From Alphaproteobacteria bacterium (GTDB lineage: Bacteria > Pseudomonadota > Alphaproteobacteria > MPNO01 > UBA830), in the NCBI GenBank assembly GCA_038146925.1, contig JAYQSP010000011.1, forward strand, positions 42,816 to 106,815: DNA of 64,000 bases. Direction: 5' to 3'. Shown here piece by piece: positions 10,669-21,100 of the stretch. Under the pieces are notes generated by a model, which saw only the letters and a program-made list of their open reading frames with translations, was not told where the DNA came from and did no database searches. How positions within the stretch are numbered: the first letter of the stretch is position 1; the number at the start of each line of letters is the position of its first letter. The translations under genes were made by a program, and so were the position numbers.

Positions 10669-12105
10669 GTGGTAGTTGTTGGGGCTGGAATATCAGGTAT
10701 TGCAGCTGGATACAATCTAAAAAAATCTTGTCCTAATAAATCCTTTCTAATAATAGAGGGGAGAGATAATATTGGTGGAACCTGGGATCTCTTTAAGTAC
10801 CCAGGCATAAGATCAGATTCAGATATGCATACTCTTGGATATCGATTTAAACCATGGATACATGATAAATCTATCGCTGATGGACCATCAATTCTTGAAT
10901 ACCTAAAAGAAACAGTACATGAAAATGATTTAATGAAAAATATTCTTCTCAAGCACAAGATGATTTCAGCAAATTGGAATACAAAAAAATTAAAATGGGA
11001 GTTGCAAATAAAGGAAAAGGACGAAATAAAAAATATGACTTGTAATTTCTTATTTTTATGTGGAGGTTATTATAGTTATACAAAACCTCATATGCCCTAC
11101 TTTAAAAATCAAGAAGATTTTAATGGTCAAATAATTCATCCTCAATTTTGGGATGAAACAATTAATTATAAAAATAAAAAAATAGCAGTCATAGGAAGTG
11201 GCGCAACTGCAATGACAATTGTTCCAGCTATTGCAGAAATAGCTAACCATGTTGCAATGATTCAAAGATCACCCACATATGTTATATCTAGACCAAGTGA
11301 AGATATGATAAACAAATTTCTAAAGAAGTTTCTTCCTGTAAAAATTAGCTATTTTTTAACTAGATGGAAGAATATCTTATTTCAAAGCTGGAGCTTCTTT
11401 CTTGCAAGAAAATATCCAGAGGCTACCAAAAATAAATTACTAGATATGATAAGAGATGAACTTGGTGTGGAATATGATGTTGAAAAACACTTTACTCCTG
11501 CTTATAAACCATGGGACCAAAGAGTATGTCTGGTTCCAGATAGTGATCTTTTTGTATCAATAAGAAATAAAAAAGCATCGATAATAACTGATACTATTAA
11601 TAGATTTCAACATGATGGAATTCTTCTAGACTCTGGAGAAAAAGTTGATGCTGATATCATTATTACTGCTACAGGCATTGAATTAAATTCATTTAATGGA
11701 ATTGAGGTAACAATTGATAAATTAAAAGTAATTCCAAATGAAAGATTAACTTATAAAGGAATGTTATTAAGTGGTGTACCAAATTTTGCTATGTCATTTG
11801 GGTATGTGAATGCATCTTGGACCTTACGAGCTGATTTAACTTGTGAATATGTTTGCAGACTAATAAACCTAATGGATAAAAAAGGAGTTAGTTGTTGTGA
11901 ACCGATAGATGATAAAAATGCCTATGGCGATGACCGATTAATTGACTTTACCTCAGGTTATTTTGAAAGAGGTCTCTATAATATGCCCAAGCAAGGCAAC
12001 AAAGCGCCATGGAAAAACTATCAAAACTACCTTAAAGATATTTTTGCTGTAAGAATTTTTTCAATTAAAGATAAGAATCTAAATTTTTATAACTCTATTA
12101 AATAA
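10669..12105 (+). CDS. Type I Baeyer-Villiger / flavin-containing monooxygenase.
   Basis: 478 aa. FAD-binding GAGISGI. BVMO fingerprint FNGQIIHPQFWD (FxGxxxHxxxWD). Second Rossmann motif GSGATAMT. Confidence 0.85.
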   Translation: MVVVGAGISGIAAGYNLKKSCPNKSFLIIEGRDNIGGTWDLFKYPGIRSDSDMHTLGYRFKPWIHDKSIADGPSILEYLKETVHENDLMKNILLKHKMISANWNTKKLKWELQIKEKDEIKNMTCNFLFLCGGYYSYTKPHMPYFKNQEDFNGQIIHPQFWDETINYKNKKIAVIGSGATAMTIVPAIAEIANHVAMIQRSPTYVISRPSEDMINKFLKKFLPVKISYFLTRWKNILFQSWSFFLARKYPEATKNKLLDMIRDELGVEYDVEKHFTPAYKPWDQRVCLVPDSDLFVSIRNKKASIITDTINRFQHDGILLDSGEKVDADIIITATGIELNSFNGIEVTIDKLKVIPNERLTYKGMLLSGVPNFAMSFGYVNASWTLRADLTCEYVCRLINLMDKKGVSCCEPIDDKNAYGDDRLIDFTSGYFERGLYNMPKQGNKAPWKNYQNYLKDIFAVRIFSIKDKNLNFYNSIK

Positions 12106-13574
12106 TTTATTTTCAAAACGTTTATAAAAAGCAGCGTTTATCAAATTTTAAATAATTTTATTGATATCTAAGTGGAAAGTAGAAACCAATATTTAAAGAG
12201 GTAAATTGAATGCTAGAAAATTGATTATTGAAATCTACAGATGGTGATATCTCAATATCATTATTTTTACCAAATTTATTAATCATGCCCAAGCTAATTA
12301 CTTCTCTATTCCAATTGTCTACTGACTCATAGGCATAATTTACATAGAAAGTATCTTTATAATTCTGATTAAAGTATTTCTCAACATCTAGATTTATTTG
12401 ATAACCACAACTCAATTCATCCATAGTGATTATAGAATTTTCACACAGAACACCAATAGACATATCTGTTGATAGAATTGTTTGATTTGATTTAGTGTCC
12501 TCATCTAAAATAAAAGTTGTTGAAAGAGGTAATGATATTCTTCGAGATGTGACATTATTTAAATAAAGTTGAATATTTTTCTTTGTTTCACCTAAATAAG
12601 ATGCATTTAAAGAGGTCTTATCTATTTTTTCTTTTCCATAATTATATATAAAGTCTGTTGTATATAACCTATCATTTAAATAAAAATCACCTGTTAAAAT
12701 AAATCCATATGTTTTCCTTAAGCTTTCTGTTTTACCGGCTAAATGGAAACCGTCGCTATCAGAAAAGTCAAAATTGTAATTAACATCGCCAAATGATGTA
12801 TAGACCCCTCCTCTAAATGATTCAGAAATATTTTTATGTGCATAAATTATAATTTCAGAGGTATCTGTTTTTAGATTGCTATTATCAAAACCATACAAAT
12901 TACCGTCTGATTTAGATTTTATTATTCCTATACCTATTAAAGAGGAATCAGAAATATCTTTTTCTAAGATCAAAGAAGCCATAGAAGTCTTTGTTCTATC
13001 ATCAAGATTCTCAAAAGTTATATAACTTACATCAGTATATAGACGTATACTTTTTTCACATTCTAAATGCTGATCACTATAATCAAGACTTATATTGTTA
13101 CTATTTGGTCTAAATTGAGTTCTTGGTTCTTCCTCATAACATCGATTTTTATCATTTATATTCTTTAATATTGATTCATTATAAAAAATTGAATTATTTA
13201 GACTCTTTGAAATTTCATACTCTAAGTTACTTTGAAGTTTTGACTCTATTTCATTTAATTTTATAAGAACTTCCTCTGAATTGGTTACCCTTATTATTAA
13301 AGTTAGTGTTGCATCATTTTCATAAATATCATTTGCAACTATATTTATTAAATAATCATTATTTGTATCAGCATCTGCTGGGTTTTCATAATCTGGAGCT
13401 GATGCAAAAGTTAGAACCCCCGATGAGCTAATACTAAAGAGTGCTGAATCGGTACCGCTTAATGACCAAGTAACACTTTCATCAGCAGTAAAGCTAGTAA
13501 CAGCGGTTTGATTTTCATTGGTCATAATAAAGTCATTATCAATTATGGGGCTGCCATCTTCATTTAGTATTAAA

Positions 13575-14690
13575 GGAGCAGTTGTATCAACTACATTAAC
13601 AGTTCTAGTTGCAGTACCAGTATTACCTGATGCATCTGTAGCTGAATAAGTAACTGTATAACTACCTACCTTTGTGGTATCAACATCTGAACTAGATGTT
13701 ACTGTTTCACCACCATCGGCTATAGCACCTTCATCGTTATAAGTAGAACCAAGTTCTACTGTAGCTGGATTATCACCGATTACTGTAATAACCGGAGCAG
13801 TTGTATCAACTACATTAACAGTTCTAGTTGCAGTACCAGTATTACCTGATGCATCTGTAGCTGAATAAGTAACTGTATAACTACCTACCTTTGTGGTATC
13901 AACATCTGAACTAGATGTTACTGTTTCACCACCATCGGCTATAGCACCTTCATCGTTATAAGTAGAACCAAGTTCTACTGTAGCTGGATTATCACCGATT
14001 ACTGTAATAACCGGAGCAGTTGTATCAACTACATTAACAGTTCTAGTTGCAGTACCAGTATTACCTGATGCATCTGTAGCTGAATAAGTAACTGTATAAC
14101 TACCTACCTTTGTGGTATCAACATCTGAACTAGATGTTACTGTTTCACCACCATCGGCTATAGCACCTTCATCGTTATAAGTAGAACCAAGTTCTACTGT
14201 AGCTGGATTATCACCGATTACTGTAATAACCGGAGCAGTTGTATCAACTACATTAACAGTTCTAGTTGCAGTACCAGTATTACCTGAAGGATCAGTAGAT
14301 GTATAAGTAATTGTGTAAGTGCCAACAGTATCAGCATCTACACTACCACTTGATGTAACAGTTACATCACCAGAAAGATCAGTGGCTGTAGCACCTTCAT
14401 CGTTATAAGTAGAACCAAGTTCTACTGTAGCTGGATTATCACCGATTACTGTAATAACCGGAGCAGTTGTATCAACTACATTAACAGTTCTAGTTGCAGT
14501 ACCAGTATTACCTGAAGGATCAGTAGATGTATAAGTAATTGTGTAAGTGCCAACAGTATCAGCATCTACACTACCACTTGATGTAACAGTTACATCACCA
14601 GAAAGATCAGTGGCTGTAGCACCTTCATCGTTATAAGTAGAACCAAGTTCTACTGTAGCTGGATTATCACCGATTACTGTAATAACCGGA
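13575..14690. repeat. Tandem coding repeats, 219-bp units (x3) then about 238-bp variant units (x2).
   Basis: The string ggagcagttgtatcaactacattaacagttctagttgcagtaccagt recurs at 13575, 13794, 14013, 14232, 14470 and 14691. Confidence 0.8.
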
Positions 14691-15162
14691 GCAGTTGTAT
14701 CAACTACATTAACAGTTCTAGTTGCAGTACCAGTATTACCATGATCAGGACACTTTCATCGTTATAAAGTAGAACCAAGTTTGATGAACCACTAGTTAAG
14801 TAATAACTGCTGTATAAGTGTCCAACAGCATCAGCAATACGATGTGTTATTTGTATCAGCAGCATCTGGAGCTGATACACTACCACTTGAGTAACACTTT
14901 CATGTAGTAACAGCGGTTTGTTACATCATAGAACCAGAAAGATCAGTAAGCTAAAGTCTGTAGCATCAGTACAATAATATTAAGTTGATAATCATTATTT
15001 GTATCAGCATCTGCTGGGTTTTCATAATCTATGCAAAGTAGAACCTGATGAGCTAATACTAAAGAGTGCTGAATCGGTCTTAATAAGTAACACTTTCATC
15101 CGCTTAACAGCGGTTTGATTTTCATTAACATCAATGAACCACTAGTTGAATCGGTAATAACT

Positions 15163-17245
15163 GGAGCTGTATCATCGAGATCTAATACATTAACTTGATA
15201 AGCTAAAGTCGTTGCATTAGCAGCAGCATCAGTAGCAATAATATTAAGTTGATAATCATTATTTGTATCAGCATCTGCTGGGTTTTCATAATCTGGAGCT
15301 GATGCAAAAGTTAGAACCCCCGATGAGCTAATACTAAAGAGTGCTGAATCGGTACCGCTTAATGACCAAGTAACACTTTCATCAGCAGTAAAGCTAGTAA
15401 CAGCGGTTTGATTTTCATTAACATCAATAGAACCACTAGTTGAATCGGTAATAACTGGAGCTGTATCATCGAGATCTAATACATTAACTTGATAAGCTAA
15501 AGTCGTTGCATTAGCAGCAGCATCAGTAGCAATAATATTAAGTTGATAATCATTATTTGTATCAGCATCTGCTGGGTTTTCATAATCTGGAGCTGATGCA
15601 AAAGTTAGAACCCCCGATGAGCTAATACTAAAGAGTGCTGAATCGGTACCGCTTAATGACCAAGTAACACTTTCATCAGCAGTAAAGCTAGTAACAGCGG
15701 TTTGATTTTCATTAACATCAATAGAACCACTAGTTGAATCGGTAATAACTGGAGCTGTATCATCGAGATCTAATACATTAACTTGATAAGCTAAAGTCGT
15801 TGCATTAGCAGCAGCATCAGTAGCAATAATATTAAGTTGATAATCATTATTTGTATCAGCATCTGCTGGGTTTTCATAATCTGAGCTGATGCAAAAAGTT
15901 AGAACCCCTAAAGTCGATGAGCTAATACTAAAGAGTGCTGAATCGGTACCGCTTAATGACCAAGTAACACTTTCATCAGCAGTAAAGCTAGTAACAGCGG
16001 TTTGATTTTCATTAACATCAATAGAACCACTAGTTGAATCGGTAATAACTGGAGCTGTATCATCGAGATCTAATACATTAACTTGATAAGCTAAAGTCGT
16101 TGCATTAGCAGCAGCATCAGTAGCAATAATATTAAGTTGATAATCATTATTTGTATCAGCATCTGCTGGGTTTTCATAATCTGGAGCTGATGCAAAAGTT
16201 AGAACCCCCGATGAGCTAATACTAAAGAGTGCTGAATCGGTACCGCTTAATGACCAAGTAACACTTTCATCAGCAGTAAAGCTAGTAACAGCGGTTTGAT
16301 TTTCATTAACATCAATAGAACCACTAGTTGAATCGGTAATAACTGGAGCTGTAGAGTCTGCACCACTGGTATCATCGAGATCTAATACATTAACTTGATA
16401 AGCTAAAGTCGTTGCATTAGCAGCAGCATCAGTAGCAATAATATTAAGTTGATAATCATTATTTGTATCAGCATCTGCTGGGTTTTCATAATCTGGAGCT
16501 GATGCAAAAGTTAGAACCCCCGATGAGCTAATACTAAAGAGTGCTGAATCGGTACCGCTTAATGACCAAGTAACACTTTCATCAGCAGTAAAGCTAGTAA
16601 CAGCGGTTTGATTTTCATTAACATCAATAGAACCACTAGTTGAATCGGTAATAACTGGAGCTGTATCATCGAGATCTAATACATTAACTTGATAAGCTAA
16701 AGTCGTTGCATTAGCAGCAGAATCAGTACCAATAATATTAAGTTGATAATCATTATTTGTATCAGCATCTGCTGGGTTTTCATAATCTGGAGCTGATGCA
16801 AAAGTTAGAACCCCCGATGAGCTAATACTAAAGAGTGCTGAATCGGTACCGCTTAATGACCAAGTAACACTTTCATCAGCAGTAAAGCTAGTAACAGCGG
16901 TTTGATTTTCATTAACATCAATAGAACCACTAGTTGAATCGGTAATAACTGGAGCTGTATCATCGAGATCTAATACATTAACTTGATAAGCTAAAGTCGT
17001 TGCATTAGCAGCAGCATCAGTAGCAATAATATTAAGTTGATAATCATTATTTGTATCAGCATCTGCTGGGTTTTCATAATCTGGAGCTGATGCAAAAAGT
17101 TAGAACCCCGATGAGCTAATACTAAAGAGTGCTGAATCGGTACCGCTTAATGACCAAGTAACACTTTCATCAGCAGTAAAGCTAGTAACAGCGGTTTGAT
17201 TTTCATTAACATCAATAGAACCACTAGTTGAATCGGTAATAACTG
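15163..17245. repeat. Tandem coding repeats, 294 bp (98 aa) x7, above 98% identical. One copy carries an 18-bp insertion.
   Basis: The string ggagctgtatcatcgagatctaatacattaac recurs at 15163, 15457, 15751, 16051, 16345, 16657 and 16951. Confidence 0.9.
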
Positions 17246-18198
17246 GAGCTGTAGAGTCTGCAACAAATGATACTGAGGCTGTATTAGAAATAGCTGAGCC
17301 ATTCAGGGTACCAGATATAGTTGAAGTAGTAACGCTATTAGATGAAGTAAGAGTCGCAGAATATGAGCCATCTTGATTATCTGTAACTGAACCTAGAATT
17401 CCAGCAGAAGCGGTCAACAAGACAGTGTCTCCACCTGCAGATAGATTAAAATCATTTAAATCCTTTAGTTGGACTGTAATATCAGATGTAGATGTCCCAT
17501 TAGCTAAAATAGATGTTGGGTCTGCTGTAATAGTTGATCTAGATGGAGAAGCAGTATTAGTAGCTGACAAACCTGAAACATATGAGTTAAGAGCATCAAG
17601 CAATCCTTTAGTAGCAGCATTTCCTGATACAGATGAACCATCACTATAACTAAAGCCTTGAGTTGCTAGTATGTAAGTTTTTTGATGTCCAGATGATAGT
17701 GAATATGATGAACCATCGTTTATTGAAGATGTAGTAATAAGGCCTATGCCTTTAAGTGTGCTGCCTTGAGTATCTCTCCAGTTGACTGAGGCATTAAAAG
17801 AGTATGATGAACCATCAGAGTATTTTAAAGTAAGCGTGACATCATAATCGTTACCTTGTGTGCCACCAAATGTACCATCATCTGTCTCATCAGAAATAAT
17901 TGCTTCTGTTATGTTTAATGTTGAAAAAGATACTAAAGCATCTGGTTGATGACCATTATTTGTATATTCACCTATAGCTCCAGCAGAGAAACCCGCAACA
18001 GCAGTTGCAGCAGAAAGAGATGAATAAAAAAAAGTAGAAAAGAAGATTAAAGTTAAATAATTAAAATTTTTAATTGTTCTTTTTTTGGACATATTCACGG
18101 ATTCTATCTGATTATTATTATAAAAACTAGATAAAAAATGGTGGAGCTATTGGTTCAAAACTGGAACCAGCTTATCCCCTACTTCAAACAATTAGATT

Positions 18199-18696
18199 AT
18201 GTCTTCAAAGAATAGCTCTAACCTAGATAACCTCAAGTATGAATACATCTATGGCAGTATTCATAAAGACGGTAGAAGAAGCTTTAGATCACTAGATAAT
18301 CTTATCAAGGAGTATGAGTTAGCAGCATCTACTGTTTATAGGCACTCTTCTAAAGAACAATGGAAAGATCAACGTGTAGCTTATAGGACTGAATTAAGTG
18401 AAGAGATAAAAAAAGCCAGAAAGCATGACATAGTCAATGATATTGAGATGATTCATAACAAGGCTACTCAAGGTCTTTCATTGATATTAGATAAGGCAAT
18501 TAATTGTTTAGATAATCAAATTCTTAAGCCAAGAGATTTACATAATCTCACTCAAACTATTATTGCTTGTTATAAAAACTTACCTGAAGTAGTTGAAACT
18601 GATGAAGATGATAATGAAGCCTTTAGAGCTGCTATGGATATGTTAGATCAAATAGCTGCTTTTAAGAGAGATACACCAGGCTTTGAGTTTGATTAA
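18199..18696 (+). CDS. Hypothetical protein. Possibly an HTH or terminase-small-subunit-like protein, which is speculative.
   Basis: Intact 165-aa ORF on the opposite strand to the flanking adhesin genes. No signal peptide. Acidic C-terminus. Confidence 0.45.
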   Translation: MSSKNSSNLDNLKYEYIYGSIHKDGRRSFRSLDNLIKEYELAASTVYRHSSKEQWKDQRVAYRTELSEEIKKARKHDIVNDIEMIHNKATQGLSLILDKAINCLDNQILKPRDLHNLTQTIIACYKNLPEVVETDEDDNEAFRAAMDMLDQIAAFKRDTPGFEFD

Positions 18697-19246
18697 TTAT
18701 TTTTAATCAGTGGGTCTAATGTATTGAACTCAATACTTAAAACATTAGGATCATTGTTAAGAATTTGAAGCTTACTATCAACATCATATAAATTTGAGAC
18801 TTTAAAAATTCCTCTGTTTATATCAGATAAAGATTCTTCAAATATCAAACCATTATTAATGGCATACAATTCTAGATCCGGAATATTTTCAAATTTAACT
18901 ATCAAAGAACCGTTAAATAACTTGTACCTATTATCAACACCTTGAAGTCTTATATATTGATTTGTATTCAAGATTAGTATTTTTTCTGATTTTGAGAAAT
19001 GTTTTAGATTGGGCTTCTTGATTTATTATTAACTCAATACCTTCATCATTTTTATAATTTATATTATTGAGAGATAAAACTATATTGACGTACTAATTTG
19101 GTTATATCACTGAATTGTTGTTCTTGTTTTAAAGATTTAGATTTATTTATATTAGCCTCAGCATTAATTGAGGGAGCTAAAAAAAGAATAAATAGAAAAA
19201 TTTTTATTTTATTTAGTATTCTAGTTTCCATAAATTTGTATCCCAT
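18693..19246 (-). pseudogene. Small secreted protein, split by a frameshift: signal-peptide ORF 19064..19246 plus ORF 18693..18971.
   Basis: Signal peptide ...KIFLFILFLAPSINAEA. The downstream frame is protein-like. Possibly a protease propeptide/inhibitor-like partner. Uncertain. Confidence 0.3.
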
Positions 19247-19527
19247 TGAATAAAAGTTCCGGAAACTGAATCGTTTATATGATCATTGATATGAAGTTTC
19301 CAGTCGCCTTCAATGCTTTCTCCATAAAATGCATTAACACCTATATCAAACAAAGTTGATGATGGATTATCTCCAATATTAGTATATGGTTGAAGAATAT
19401 TTACCATTGTTCCATCAGGAGATTCTAATCTTAGACCAACTGATTTTGGTAAAGTGTGTGAAAATTTTACACTTACTCTGACAAATTCAACAAAATCATT
19501 AGATCCGGATGGTTTTGTAACTGACAA
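19213..19527 (-). CDS. Proprotein-convertase P-domain, the C-terminal fragment of a subtilisin-like (S8) protease.
   Basis: 104-aa ORF with the P-domain-like motif ...HTLPKSVGLRLESPDGTMVNIL...GDWKLHI. The upstream catalytic region has no intact frame. Confidence 0.5.
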   Translation of the reverse strand: MSVTKPSGSNDFVEFVRVSVKFSHTLPKSVGLRLESPDGTMVNILQPYTNIGDNPSSTLFDIGVNAFYGESIEGDWKLHINDHINDSVSGTFIQWDTNLWKLEY

Positions 19528-21100
19528 ATCATTTCTATTATTTGCTCCCCATCCTATAAATGAATTAGCAATAGAGCTAGGTATATAACCTGTATCTACA
19601 AATGTTCCTCTACTATTTGCACTATAAGTTAATGCTGTAGAAACTGCCTCTGTAGCATCTATTTTTCCAAAACCAAACCAATTATGAAATTTGTAGCCGG
19701 CACTATTAGTTTCCCATTCATACAGGGTTATGCCTGATGATGGTGCTCTATAAGTAAAGTCAGAATCTGTTCCTACCTGATCTGCAGTTAGCTAATATAT
19801 GTTTAATATCTCTCCAGGTTAAATTAGGATTTGCTTCAAGCATATAGGGCAACTACTCCAGCAACAGTTGGCGCTGCTGATGAAGTGCCATTAAAAGTGG
19901 TAGTATAATTACAACTAGAATTTGCTGAAAATCCTGAATGATATTTCAAGATTGATGTTTTTCAACAGAAACAAATAATTTTTTTGCCAACGTTCCGTTA
20001 ACAAACGTAATCAGGATAAAGGTTATAGACTTTAAATGTTCAAGATTGATTTGTGAGATATAAAAATTACCTTGCATGATTCCAGATTCTCTACCAAAAA
20101 CCACTTACCCTAAAGATCTTGACTTTTTGAAGCATCTGGATTAACTATAAAATAAGACAAAGATTCTGTTATCCTCAATTAGGGTTTTTTTAAATTAGCA
20201 TAGGCACTCCGTTATGTGGGTCTGTTTTTTGGTAGTACACCAGCCATATTCGCTTCCACACTCATACCATCACCAATTCAATCCAGTTATTTTCCAGCTC
20301 ATTCAAATATTTTGCCCTAAGCCATCTCTAAGATTTAACTCCGTTAACGAGGCCATCTTCTTTTGTAGAAGATAAAAATTACTGTATTAAATGTTTTTGG
20401 ATAGTTTCATCTTCATTTTTGAACCATCCCAATCCATAAGCTGAGCCAGGGTAATAAGGGTTATCTGCTCCATTAATTTTCTGGACAATTTAATCCAAGG
20501 CCCTTAATCTTTTGATATCCAGTTTGATTTTCAAACATTGAAATAATAGCCAATAATTCTTCTGCCTGGAAATCTGCCAAATATTATTCCAACCTTTAAT
20601 GCAATAAGACCTGCAATGCAGTTGTTCCATGATCGCCACTAAAATTTTATTTACTGGAGAGGTATCATTGGATCTGTTATAACGTATTTAAAAAATCATT
20701 ATGAATTTATTTGAAAAATATATTATCAACTAAAATCAACAGTTGCTATTTCCATTAGCATTTTCAAACACACTTGATTCAATTGTAACTTAATATTAGT
20801 AGTCTTTATCAAAATTATATCATCTTGTATTTAAATCAGTTAAAGTTCCTGCATTTACTGAATACTCTTCTGTTTGGCCATTTCTAACATGCCATTGATA
20901 TTGATAAGAGGATCTGTTTTTAAATTATAAGCTTTGACATTAGTCTGTTGAATCAACAGTTCCATCGTTTAGATTAAATGACAAAGCTCAGATTCAACAT
21001 AAAGCTTGCGTACTAGCATCCGTTTGAGAGATTACTGTTGTTAAATCACTAAGAGTTTATTATTGAGAGGCTCGTAACTACATTAGCTGAATATTCAGAT
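19528..21100 (-). pseudogene. Degraded remainder of the S8 protease gene. No ORF of 60 aa or more on either strand.
   Basis: Scattered protein-like frames (e.g. ...GTTALQVLL..., ...NGADNPYYPGSAYGLGWF...) interrupted by stops and frameshifts. Confidence 0.3.

Larger units (their letters stand above)
12158..18098 (-). pseudogene. Giant repeat-containing surface protein, frame-disrupted in its tandem repeats.
   Basis: ORF 17100..18098 has a signal peptide (MNMSKKRTIKNFNYLTLIFFSTFFYSSLSAA) and ends in ...ENQTAVTSFTADESVTWSLSGTDSALFSISSSG. ORF 12158..13525 restarts with the same motif and ends in a beta-barrel-like tail (...NIGFYFPLRYQ). The 3.5 kb of repeats between them contains frameshifts. 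Confidence 0.6.

Noticed and set aside
5400-17245. Tandem repeat arrays as CRISPR arrays
   Set aside because: The units are 219-294 bp, directly abutting with no unique spacers, and they translate in-frame into Ig/cadherin-like protein modules.
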